In this document: positions 50,075 to 64,000 of the stretch, piece after piece
Position numbering within the stretch: the stretch's first letter is position 1
Layout of the letters: every line of letters begins with the position of its first letter
Assembly: GCA_013239625.1 (NCBI GenBank)
Contig: MU054220.1
Span: 1,541,509 to 1,605,508, forward strand
Origin: Lama guanicoe
Taxonomy: Eukaryota
Reading direction: 5' to 3'
DNA: 64,000 bases
Notes under the pieces: model-generated
Databases searched by the model: none
The model's input: only the letters and a program-made list of their open reading frames with translations
What the model was told of the DNA's origin: nothing
Position numbers and translations under genes: made by a program

Positions 50075-51049
50075 ATGCTGCCGCTCCTGCTGGGCCTGCT
50101 GGGCCCGGCCGCCTCTTGGGCGCTGGGCCCGTCAGCGGGCTCGTCAGAGCTACGCTCGGCCTTCTCAGCGGCACGCACCACCCCGCTGGAGGGTACGTCG
50201 GAGATGGCGGTGACCTTCGACAAAGTGTACGTGAACATCGGGGGCGACTTCGACGCGGCCACTGGCCAGTTCCGCTGCCGCGTGCCCGGCGCCTACTTCT
50301 TCTCCTTCACCGCTGGCAAGGCTCCGCACAAGAGCCTGTCGGTGATGCTGGTGCGCAATCGCGACGAGGTGCAGGCGCTGGCCTTCGACGAGCAGCGGCG
50401 GCCCGGCACGCGGCGCGCCGCCAGCCAGAGCGCCATGCTGCAGCTCGACTACGGCGACACGGTGTGGCTGCGGCTGCACGGCGCCCCGCAGTACGCGCTG
50501 GGCGCGCCGGGCGCCACCTTCAGCGGCTACCTGGTGTATGCCGACGCCGACGCGCCTGCGCGCGGGCCGCCCGCGCCCCCCGAGCCGCGCTCGGCCTTCT
50601 CGGCAGCGCGCACGCGCAGCCTGGTGGGCTCGGACGCGGGCCCGGGGCCGCGGCACCGGCCGCTCGCCTTCGACACGGAGCTCGTCAACATCGGCGGCGA
50701 CTTCGACGCGGCGGCCGGCGTGTTCCGCTGTCGCCTGCCCGGCGCCTATTTCTTCTCCTTCACGCTGGGCAAGCTGCCGCGCAAGACGCTGTCGGTAAAG
50801 CTGATGAAGAACCGCGACGAGGTGCAGGCCATGATTTACGACGACGGCGCGTCGCGGCGCCGCGAGATGCAGAGCCAGAGCGTGATGCTGGCGCTGCAGC
50901 GCGGCGACGCCGTCTGGCTGCTCAGCCACGACCACGACGGCTACGGCGCCTACAGCAACCACGGCAAGTACATCACCTTCTCCGGCTTCCTGGTGTACCC
51001 CGACGTCATCTCCCCCGGCCCGCCCGGCCTCGGGCCCCCGGAGCTCTGA
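50075..51049 (+). CDS. C1QTNF4: C1q/TNF-related protein 4 (CTRP4): signal peptide plus two tandem C1q domains, 324 aa, single coding exon
   Basis: gcc[21 protein letters not shown]...; repeated RSAFSAART / [10 protein letters not shown] / PGAYFFSFT / NRDEVQA motifs; no collagen repeat. Confidence 0.98.
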   Translation: MLPLLLGLLGPAASWALGPSAGSSELRSAFSAARTTPLEGTSEMAVTFDKVYVNIGGDFDAATGQFRCRVPGAYFFSFTAGKAPHKSLSVMLVRNRDEVQALAFDEQRRPGTRRAASQSAMLQLDYGDTVWLRLHGAPQYALGAPGATFSGYLVYADADAPARGPPAPPEPRSAFSAARTRSLVGSDAGPGPRHRPLAFDTELVNIGGDFDAAAGVFRCRLPGAYFFSFTLGKLPRKTLSVKLMKNRDEVQAMIYDDGASRRREMQSQSVMLALQRGDAVWLLSHDHDGYGAYSNHGKYITFSGFLVYPDVISPGPPGLGPPEL

Positions 51050-51165
51050 GCCTGGAACCCGAGAGGAGCCCGGGGCGGTCCGGGGGCGTGCATGCCGAGG
51101 CGGGACCGCGGCCCGAACGCCCCGCCGGCGCGAGCATGAGGGCCCCCCAGCGCGGCTGCTCTGCC

Positions 51166-51171
51166 AATAAA
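51166..51171 (+). terminator. C1QTNF4 poly(A) signal
   Basis: AATAAA about 117 nt after the stop, followed by GT/T-rich sequence. Confidence 0.8.
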
Positions 51172-52301
51172 GTGGGCCTGCGCCGGCGCTTGTTTGCCTG
51201 GGTCCTACGCTGTGTCTTGACTGCGGCGCTTTGTGTCTCGGCTGGGGGTCGGAGGGCAGAGGACAGGATTTGGTCAGGTCCTGGAAGGACGAGGGGGTGG
51301 GAATTTGATTGACCCCTACTCGCCTAACCCCGTTGTGGGACTCCCTTCATGTTCCTTTCCAGTCAACTCCCTGTTGACCAACAACATCATTCTTAGGGCT
51401 CGTCTGGTTCCTTTTTGTGACAAAGGACATCACCTCCTGCCTCACTGAGGGGTATGGGATTCAAGGAAACAATACATTTCTTCTTCCAGTGGCTTGTGAA
51501 TGGGATGAGCAGTTGATTGATACCTGGTTGCCCTGATTCCTGCTCTGCCGGGATGGGGAGGGTGATTTGGTCAGGGCAGGGGTTAAACAACTTACTCTGA
51601 CACAGAAGGACACAGGGCTCCAGGAGGCCAGAAGAAAACATTTTATGGGGTGAGTTACACAGGATCAGGGCTACACCGGCCTGCCTCAGTCCCCTCCCAG
51701 CCTCATTGCCTCCTCTGAGTCTTGTTGAGATGCACCAAAAAACATCTGCGCGGGAAAAGGTAATAATCCTCCACCTGCTTCCCTCCTATCCTCCAACAGA
51801 CTGAACTAAAAATGTCCAGTCTGTTTAGTCTCTTCTCCTAGCCCAGATGGGGACTTGGAGACTCAGGGACCCCAGAGCCTTGGTTGGGTTTAAGAGGGTA
51901 CCTAAAGCAGGACTGGGCACTGAGCACTTACAACTTCCCTGTAGATTCCATAGGACCTCTCATGGACTGTCAGGGTAAGAGTTGGAGGGTCTGACCTGGC
52001 CTTACTTGGGAGCAACTTCCCTTTCAGCATTTCTTAAACACACTTCTCAACCCTGATCTCAGTACACACACACACACTGCCTGCAAGTCCTGCCCTTATG
52101 TCTGTGCCTGCTGCCTAAGCCCCAGAGCATGGGCCCAGGAAGGAGATATGAGGGAGGGGTAAGCGGGGTCCTGGGTACAAGCCAAGCCCAGAGGCCTGAA
52201 CACAGTGGGAAGAACCAGGTGCCAGATGGAAGCCCCTGCCCAAATGGGTCTGGCTAAGGTGAGGAGTGGGGGGAGGGAGAATGACAGACAGAAGGGGAGG
52301 G

Positions 52302-52697
52302 TTAGGGCAAGGGGTCAAGGGTAGAGGCCCAGGGCCCCAGAGAAGGGGGCTGGCCCTGCGGGCAGAAGTCCTTGCACAGGTCCCAGAGTGTTTCCTGTGC
52401 CAGGAGGGTGAAGACCTGGGTCCAGCGACCTCGCACCTCAGCCTCGCTAGCCACGTGGAGACGGTAGATACAGGACAGGCCTGTGAGGAGCAGATGTTCA
52501 AAGTCCCAGGGGCTAAGAGGAGGTCCCTTCCGCAGGCTCTGGAACTGCTGCAGCTGCTGCTCAGCTCCCTCCAAGTCACTGGGCACGTGGTGCTGCAGGA
52601 GGAGCCTGAGTCGGCGACCTGGATGTGTGGATGCCAGCTCCTCGTCCTGGATGTGCAGCTGCCCCATGATATCCAGCTCCAGCCCAGCCCAGAGCAG
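52302..52697 (-). CDS. FAM180B: FAM180B exon 3
   Basis: LLWAGLELDIMGQLHIQDEELAS...LGPWASTLDPLP*; ttgcag| acceptor. Confidence 0.93.
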   Translation of the reverse strand: MLWAGLELDIMGQLHIQDEELASTHPGRRLRLLLQHHVPSDLEGAEQQLQQFQSLRKGPPLSPWDFEHLLLTGLSCIYRLHVASEAEVRGRWTQVFTLLAQETLWDLCKDFCPQGQPPSLGPWASTLDPLP

Positions 52698-53851
52698 CTG
52701 CAAGGGGAGCCACGTAAGGGGTGGGCTGGGCCTAGGGAGCAGGACAGGAAGCAAGAGTGGGCCAGAGTGGGGCATAAGCAGGCAGTAGGACCCATGCTGG
52801 GTTCCCCCCCGCCAGCAACCCCAGCTTGAGGCATCCCCCACCCCAACCCAGAGCTCAGGGACCTCTGGACACCCCCACCCCCATGTCCCAGGCTAGAGGA
52901 AAGACCTCAAACATCACTTCCGGGGCCTCTGGCTTCTGCAGGCCACCTCCCACGATGGTGCTGTCCATGGACTGCCCTGGGGCAGCAGAGAGGAGTCAGG
53001 CCCCTGCCAAGCTCCACCCTGAACACCCCAGCCTCCCAGAAGTGCCTAGAGGTGCTTAGAGGTTCTTCTATCTAGAAAATAGGAATGCCATCCCGTGTCC
53101 ACCTTCCCCTACACACAAATGCATGTTGACATTCACTCTCCCAGGCATAGGTCTTATGATCCCAAAAGCATCATCCCAAACCCAGATACCATCTCGGCAA
53201 ATGTCCGGGACTCCTCCCTGAACCTCTACAGTTCCCTTAGCCAAGAGTTCCAGGCCAACGGGTCACAAGACGTTTCACTTCCCATCTCCCCTCCCTATAA
53301 TCATCTGGAGACAACGTGACCTAAAACAGTGCCAGTGACCCTCCTCAAAGTTTGAGGATCCCTTTGAGAAAAACCTATTCCTTCCCTCCTCCTCAGTAAG
53401 TGACCGTGTGCAAGGCAGGGAGGCCACGCAAGGCAGGATGTCTGTTGCAGCTTCCTTCACCCCTCTTGGGGGGTGCTGCCTAGCCCTTGGAATGATTGTC
53501 CTAAGCGCAGGGCAGATCAAGAGGTCCTACTTTGCACATCAGCTGGAATAAGCCCGAGGCCCATTGAGAGCACCTAGGGCTATCTCCATTCACTTCACCT
53601 GGACCTTTCTGCTTCTGGGGTTGGGGCCCACACCATTCCCCACTGAAGCACAGGTCAGCCTGGTACTCATCATGCTCATAGTTCCTAAACCCTGCTAGGC
53701 TCAGACAGAACCAAGTGTAACAGCTGTCAGCCGACAGCTTTTCTCGGCCCCCATCCACCCCATCTAAAGCCCCGGTACCTGCATGGTGCTGAGTTGTAGT
53801 CACCCCAGGGAGGAGGCAAGTGGCTACCATTAGCCAAGCCAGGAACTGCAT
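52302..53851 (-). CDS. FAM180B: Protein FAM180B (secreted), 3 exons, 179 aa
   Basis: complement join(53779-53851,52906-52976,52302-52697) = 540 nt; MQFLAWLMVATCLLPGVTTTQHHAGQSMDSTIVGGGLQKPEAPEVMFELLWAGLELD...TLDPLP*. Confidence 0.93.
52906..52976 (-). CDS. FAM180B: FAM180B exon 2
   Basis: QSMDSTIVGGGLQKPEAPEVMFE; ccag|...|gtcttt. Confidence 0.9.
53779..53851 (-). CDS. FAM180B: FAM180B exon 1 (signal peptide)
   Basis: MQFLAWLMVATCLLPGVTTTQHHA; donor G|gtaccg. Confidence 0.85.
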
Positions 53852-54281
53852 TGTCCCAGCCTTGCCCCAGCAGGTCCTCTGAGTCTTACTCTCCCCAGCT
53901 GCTTTCTGCTCCTCCATCCGCCTGCCACACACCAGGGCTCCAACTTTCCACTGTAGACAGCTACAGCGTTCCCTGCTTTGCGTGTCAGTCTTCAGTGCTC
54001 AGCAGGGAGGGGCTGGCTCTGGCTTCCCAGGGGCTCTTTCCATCCCATAGAAATGTGGAATCTTTGGTTGTTGGCAGTAGGAGCCTGGCTCCCTGCTTGT
54101 CAGGCCCTATGCCAATTCCTGCCCAGATGGGTGGGATGCTGTCAATAGGAAAAAGGTGTTTGGTAGCAAAGAGCACTAGCTTAGCCCTCCCAAGAGGTAG
54201 GAAAGAGCCCAGGAAGTAGTACTACCTTACTATCTGTCCTCACCCCCAAAGCATTCTGCAGCTGAGCCCAGCCCATGACAT

Positions 54282-54314
54282 CCCAGCCCAGCCCAGCCCA
54301 GCCCAGCCCAGCCC
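54282..54314. repeat. (CCCAG)6 pentanucleotide repeat
   Basis: Directly visible tandem repeat. Confidence 0.85.
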
Positions 54315-55104
54315 GGGCCAGCCTCCAGAGCCCCTCAGTAGCCAAGAGCAACAGCTGCAAAGCCTTTTCCAACTGCAATGGCGGGTGTGCTGAGCAGACT
54401 GTTGACAGGCAGAGCAAAAACTTCCATGTCAGGCATTCAGCCACTGGCTGAACGGACCCCAGACTGGCTGGGGTGAGAAGTACTGTTCCCTGGCAGGCAG
54501 ACACACAGATCTGCAGCTCCTGATTGTCTCTGGCCCCAGACTTGGACACTCTTTGCTTGCTTATAGCATTCTCAGCTCAGGCCAGAGTCCAGGAAGATTC
54601 CCTAAGCCCAAGTGTAATGGGCTGTCAGGTTGCAGGGAGCAGGACACAGGGTTCAAAAGAGCTGCAGCTCTTCTTGGCTTTGGCCCTGGGCTCTTGGAGC
54701 CCTGTAGTTGTTTGGATAGGATGAGGGTGGGTGGGGGTTGCCCTCGTTCCACCCAGGCCCGAGTCCGTCAGCTGCCACCAGTCTCCTGTGACCAGGGGCT
54801 TTCTCTAGCCGTTGAAAAGACTGCTCTAACTCTCAGGAGAGGCCATGCCACGCCCATCCTGAGTCCTGTGGACTGTGAGAACTTTAAATTTCAGATCTAG
54901 AATCTCCCTCAGAAGAACATCCAGGCCTATAGGTCACCCTGTCTGCAACTGCGTTATTTAGTCTTATTAAAAAAGGACTCCTGGTTTGGAAAAGTCTCTC
55001 TAACAGAGTCGGCAAACCCCTGCCTGCACCACCTCCTTCTCCTGAGTTGAAGCTTCACTTCCACTCATGATAAACACACAGGAAGTGGTGAGTTTAAGTA
55101 GGAT

Positions 55105-55110
55105 TTTATT
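55105..55110 (-). terminator. NDUFS3 poly(A) signal
   Basis: AATAAA on the minus strand, about 60 nt after the stop. Confidence 0.8.
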
Positions 55111-55169
55111 TACAGGGACACTCAATTATAGATAAGGCGCGTTCTAGGACACACATTCCTTCCCTGAAA

Positions 55170-59572
<4,403 letters not shown>

Positions 59573-59719
59573 GATCGCCGGATGCAGACCAGGCGGCCGA
59601 GGCCAATCCCGCAGGACACGGAGCCCCAAGGGCAGGGACCGGAAGGGGAAGTGTGCATAGGATCTCCTTCCGGGCGGACGAGGGGCCGGAAGCAGAGGTT
59701 CCGGGTTCCGGGCTTCGGA
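59573..59719. promoter_or_regulatory. Bidirectional NDUFS3/KBTBD4 promoter (CpG island)
   Basis: Only 147 bp between the divergent ATGs; CCAAT 59603-59607; ETS/GABPA cores CCGGAAG 59639 and 59686, CTTCCGG 59667, TTCCGG 59699 and 59706. Confidence 0.88.
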
Positions 59720-59738
59720 ATGAAAGGAGGGAAGGCAG
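59720..59738 (+). CDS. KBTBD4: KBTBD4 exon 1 coding part
   Basis: MKGGKA+G; donor gtgaga; phase matches exon 2. Confidence 0.8.
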
Positions 59739-62700
59739 GTGAGAAAGCGAAGCCAGTAGGTGGGGAAATCATGAGGTGAATGTGTCCTTAGTTTAGTGTG
59801 ACAGAGGCTGGAGAGAAGGCGAGGATCCTAAAGAACTGGACTGGTGAGAGGAGGAGAAGCGGCGAGAGTTATGGGTTCCAAATTCCACACCCCTCCCCCG
59901 CTCCCTAGGCTAAGCTTTTGATGAGGGCCAGCGGGCATGGCTAGGGGGAGGGGGATAGAAGAACGGTTTCCCTGGCGACTGTCTCCCAGGCGACTCCAAG
60001 TGGAGCAGGGACACTGCACGTGGCGATGTGCCTCCTGGGGGGTGGTCCCATGCTCCGGATGGCAGGGCTCCGTCTCGAGTTCTGGGATGAAGCCTTGGAG
60101 AGTCATTAGGGCGAGCGGGGAAATGCCGGGGAGAGGCTCAGAAAAGAGTAAATGTGGGGCTGATAGATGTACCAGGCCAAGAGTCGAATTGGAAGGTCTG
60201 GGGAAGAGGGGATATGGTCACAAGGACGCAGGGGACTTTTTGTCGCGTTCTGCTGTCCCGAGCCTCTCTAGTTTTATGCCCAGTAGCTATTTGGTTAGTA
60301 AGTCTTTTTGCCAGGCTTTTAAAAGCATAGGCTTCCTCCAACCCCTTGCTTTCATGTGTTGACCTAAATACCAAGCCTTTTGTTACACCATGCAAAGGAG
60401 TATTCCATGTTTTCTCAGGGAAGCACCCAGAGTAGGAAATTTGGATTTCATTAGGAATGGGCAGTCACTGCAGGAGAATGAACCCAGCTTTGGTTGAAGG
60501 AGAACATCAGATGTCATTAGCAGGGCCGGGACTGAGGCTAATCTGGGCCCACTGTGCCCTCGCTTTTCTCCTCTCCCTCCCTGAACTGGACATTTAGATT
60601 CATATACTGTGGCTGTGGATTCCTTAAGTTACTCAGAGTGGTGGTGTTTTGCAGACAGCTGGCAGAGAGAGAAGTTGGCTACTACCATGGAATCACCAGA
60701 GGAGCCTGGAGCATCTATGGATGAGAACTACTTTGTGAATTACACTTTCAAAGATCGGTCACACTCAGGCCGTGTGGCTCAGGGCATCATGAAACTGTGT
60801 CTGGAGGAAGAGCTCTTTGCTGACGTCACTATTTCAGTGGAAGGCCGGGAGTTTCAGCTCCACCGATTGGTCCTCTCAGCTCAGAGCTGCTTCTTCCGGT
60901 CCATGTTCACTTCCAACCTGAAGGAGGCCCACAACCGGGTAATTGTGCTGCAGGATGTCAGCGAGTCTGTTTTCCAGCTCCTGGTTGATTATATCTACCA
61001 TGGGACTGTGAAACTTCGAGCTGAGGAGCTGCAGGAAATTTATGAGGTGTCAGACATGTATCAGCTGACATCTCTCTTTGAGGAATGTTCTCGGTTTTTG
61101 GCCCGCACAGTGCAAGTGGGCAACTGCCTTCAGGTGATGTGGCTGGCAGATCGGCACAGTGATCCTGAGCTCTACACAGCTGCCAAGCACTGTGCCAAGG
61201 CCCACCTGGCTCAGCTACAGAGCACAGAAGAATTTCTCCACTTGCCCCACCATCTACTCACTGATATCATCTCGGGTAAGTTGGGGGTGGGGCACATCAT
61301 ACCCCACCACACAGGTATGATGTTCAGAGAACATTCTAGTTCAAGAGAAGGGTACCCTCAGGCTTCCTGGCATTAATTTACAGTATTATTCTTGATAGGA
61401 ATTTAGATGCCTTCAGAGACAGAGTCCCTTCCAGAGGAACAAGCCAGAAAAATAAAAGAAACAGCACTTCACAATATATACAAATGTTGACTCAAAAACA
61501 AACAAACAAAAAAAGTGGAGTAGGGGAGGGTATAGCTCAAGTGGTAAAATGCATGCTTAGCATGCTCAAGGTCCTGGGTTCAATCCTCAGTACCTCGTCT
61601 AGAAATAAATAAATAAAACCCAGTTACCTCCCTTCCTCCCCCCAAAATAAAAATTTTTAATTAAAAAAAAAATTGTGACTGTGTGGTGATGGATGCTAAC
61701 TAAATTAAAAAAAAAAAGCAGCACTTAGCCACAAAAGGAAGTGAGGAGCTATCTGTATACTCTAATCTCTTTTGTGCATAAGTGTTCTCATCCATGTGCT
61801 TTGCATGTACTTGTGGGACTAGTTACCTAAATAAATTGGCAGTGAGTCGGGATCACTAAATAAGCTTTTCAAGTGATTGGCCAACTTTAGGTAACAAGTG
61901 AGGTATAACCATACTTGAAGTGTGAGCTCTGTAGCCTAATAGATTGCTTCCATGGCAAATGAGATCATATCAAGCCATCCATTCTAATTAAAATAAGGCA
62001 ATTTTAGGTTAATTTCTCACACATACATATACATACATGGTTGTAGTCTAACAAAGGGTTTCACATTTTAAAAGCCACTGGTTCTAAATTTCCCTTCTGG
62101 ATCATTATCTTGCCATTGACCATGCCTTTCCTCTGGCTCTTGCAGATGGAGTTCCATGTTCCCAGAACCCAACAGAGGCGATAGAAGCCTGGATCAATTT
62201 TAACAAAGAAGAAAGAGAGGCTTTTTCAGAGTCACTCAGAAGTAGCTTGAAGGTAAGGCAGATTTCTTTAGGGTTGGGACACTATAATATCCATGCATTC
62301 CAGCCATCTATTGGCCTGGCCTCTTTGATGGTTAGTGAGTAAGTCTTTGGATTAAGTTGATAAGAGCTGGGGAGGAGGATGTGTAGTTGAGTCCAGAAGC
62401 ACCAGCCTCTGGGCTCCAAAACTCCCTGAGAAAATTACTTTCATCATTGCTTTAACAATCCGAAGTACCCGCTCATGATAGTTTTAAAAAAGCTGGAAGG
62501 ATGAATGTAACAGATTCTCTGTCCCAGCATAAGGTGCCTGAAAATGATTGGAGTGATTGGAGGAGAGTCAGGATGACATTCAGTTACTAGAGGGGAGTAG
62601 GTTAGAGCAAAATACAAGTGTGTGGTCCAGGACCTTAAGGATATGCGTCTCAGCTGAGCCTTAGCCTAGAACTGATAGATACCATTTATAACTTTAATTT

Positions 62701-63570
62701 CACCAATAGGAAATTGGGGAGAATGTACACATTTACCTGATCGGGAAAGAGTCATCTCGTACCCACTCGTTGGCTGTGTCCTTACATTGTGCAGAAGATG
62801 ACTCCATCAGTGTAAGTGGCCAAAACAGCTTGTGCCACCAGATCACTGCAGCCTGCAAGCATGGCGGAGACTTGTACGTGGTGGGAGGGTCCATCCCAAG
62901 GCGCATGTGGAAGTGCAACAATGCCACCGTGGACTGGGAGTGGTGTGCGCCTTTGCCCCGAGACCGGCTCCAGCATACCCTGGTGTCTGTGCCCGGGAAG
63001 GATGCCATATATTCATTAGGTGGCAAGACACTGCAGGATACCCTCTCCAATGCAGTTATCTATTATCGGGTGGGTGATAACGTTTGGACTGAGACAACCC
63101 AGCTAGAGGTGGCTGTGTCCGGGGCCGCTGGTGCCAACCTCAATGGGATCATCTACCTACTTGGGGGGGAGGAGAATGACCTGGACTTCTTTACCAAACC
63201 ATCCCGACTCATCCAGTGCTTTGACACAGAGACAGACAAGTGTCATGTGAAACCCTACGTGCTGCCCTTCGCTGGCCGCATGCACGCAGCTGTGCATAAG
63301 GATCTGGTGTTCATCGTGGCTGAAGGGGACTCCCTGGTGTGCTACAATCCCCTGCTAGACAGCTTTACCCGGCTTTGCCTTCCTGAGGCCTGGAGCTCTG
63401 CCCCATCCCTCTGGAAGATCGCCAGCTGTAATGGGAGCATCTATGTTTTTCGAGACCGATATAAAAAGGGGGATGCCAACACCTACAAGCTTGACCCTGC
63501 CACTTCAGCTGTGACTGTCACCAGAGGCATTAAGGTGCTGCTTACCAATTTGCAGTTTGTGTTGGCCTAG
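59720..63570 (+). CDS. KBTBD4: Kelch repeat and BTB domain-containing protein 4 (CUL3 adaptor), 4 exons, 535 aa (518 aa from ATG 60687)
   Basis: join(59720-59738,60655-61275,62146-62252,62710-63570) = 1608 nt; BTB (FADVTISVEGREFQLHRLVLSAQSCFFRSMFT), BACK and kelch repeats; ends LLTNLQFVLA*. Confidence 0.97.
60655..61275 (+). CDS. KBTBD4: KBTBD4 exon 2 (BTB/BACK)
   Basis: SWQREKLATTMESPEEPGASMDENYF...LLTDIIS; ttgcag|...|gtaagt. Confidence 0.96.
61523..61671 (+). mobile_element. Vic-1-like SINE in KBTBD4 intron 2
   Basis: ggggagggtatagctcaagtggtaaaatgcatgcttagcatgctcaaggtcctgggttcaatcc. Confidence 0.87.
62146..62252 (+). CDS. KBTBD4: KBTBD4 exon 3
   Basis: GVPCSQNPTEAIEAWINFNKEEREAFSESLRSSLK; ttgcag|...|gtaagg. 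Confidence 0.95.
62710..63570 (+). CDS. KBTBD4: KBTBD4 exon 4 (kelch domain)
   Basis: EIGENVHIYLIGKESSRTHSLAVSL...FVLA*; aatag| acceptor. Confidence 0.96.
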   Translation, partial: EIGENVHIYLIGKESSRTHSLAVSLHCAEDDSISVSGQNSLCHQITAACKHGGDLYVVGGSIPRRMWKCNNATVDWEWCAPLPRDRLQHTLVSVPGKDAIYSLGGKTLQDTLSNAVIYYRVGDNVWTETTQLEVAVSGAAGANLNGIIYLLGGEENDLDFFTKPSRLIQCFDTETDKCHVKPYVLPFAGRMHAAVHKDLVFIVAEGDSLVCYNPLLDSFTRLCLPEAWSSAPSLWKIASCNGSIYVFRDRYKKGDANTYKLDPATSAVTVTRGIKVLLTNLQFVLA

Positions 63571-64000
63571 GGCTGTGAGAAGAGCAGCTGACTTTGATGC
63601 TCCCTTTTTCCAGCACCTACCCATCCAAACTCGAAGTCCCCAGGGTCCAGATTTGGGTACTATGTTATTTTTTGGCACATGTTAGAAAGGCAGCCCCTCA
63701 GCCCTTCCCTGAGCCCATAAGAGTGTTCCGTTAGGGGCTTTTTAGACTGCTGCTGCTCTGCTGGCTGCTTGAACTGAGAGTAGGCCAGCCCATTCTCTGC
63801 CATCCGCTTGTAACCCTGTGCCTCACTACAGACTGCTTAGAGCAAGCCTCTTCTCCAGCCCTGGGCACAGCCTCATCTCTTTACCGGATCACTGTTAAGT
63901 AGAAGCACTCCTGATCCCAGGACAGAAGGAAAAATGCCCAATCTACCTTCTTTTTCTTTTTCCTGCAGCCTGCAAAGTGGCTAGTTGGTAATTTTTCCAC

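Noticed and set aside
50165..50962. 265-aa antisense ORF to C1QTNF4
   Set aside because: Typical antisense shadow of GC-biased codon usage
49945..51312. 455-aa ORF overlapping C1QTNF4 in a shifted frame
   Set aside because: Starts at a TTG inside the intron and has no ATG until near its end. Near-universal G/C third positions in the real frame suppress stops, and its stop lies beyond the poly(A) signal at 51166.
52115..52846. Alternative-frame and antisense ORFs over FAM180B exon 3
   Set aside because: Explained by overlap with real GC-rich coding sequence

Overview
Mammalian genomic DNA, most likely a camelid (alpaca, llama or camel). The basis is about 12 copies of a tRNA-derived SINE resembling Vic-1; I saw no Alu, Bov-A or PRE-1 elements. 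The gene order matches the block I recall from human 11p11.2: last exon of AGBL2 (+), MTCH2 (+, 13 coding exons, 303 aa), C1QTNF4 (+, 324 aa), FAM180B (-, 3 exons, 179 aa), then NDUFS3 (-, 7 exons, 263 aa) head-to-head with KBTBD4 (+, 4 exons, 535/518 aa). I rebuilt all exon structures by hand; every intron is GT-AG and every frame is intact. Intergenic DNA is mostly nested L1, SINE, MaLR and DNA-transposon remnants. There are no prokaryotic-type systems, and I cannot support a wholly new gene. The most interesting signals are regulatory layers on MTCH2: an intact double stop-codon readthrough extension (known in mammals), a strong cryptic 3' splice site in the 3'UTR that opens an alternative C-terminus or a 3-nt microexon, an inverted SINE pair around in-frame exons 9-11 (candidate stop-free circRNA), and a SINE dimer with an AT palindrome beside the 27-nt microexon. 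FAM180B also appears to have a relocated start codon. Gene and repeat names come from recall of known sequences, not from database searches.
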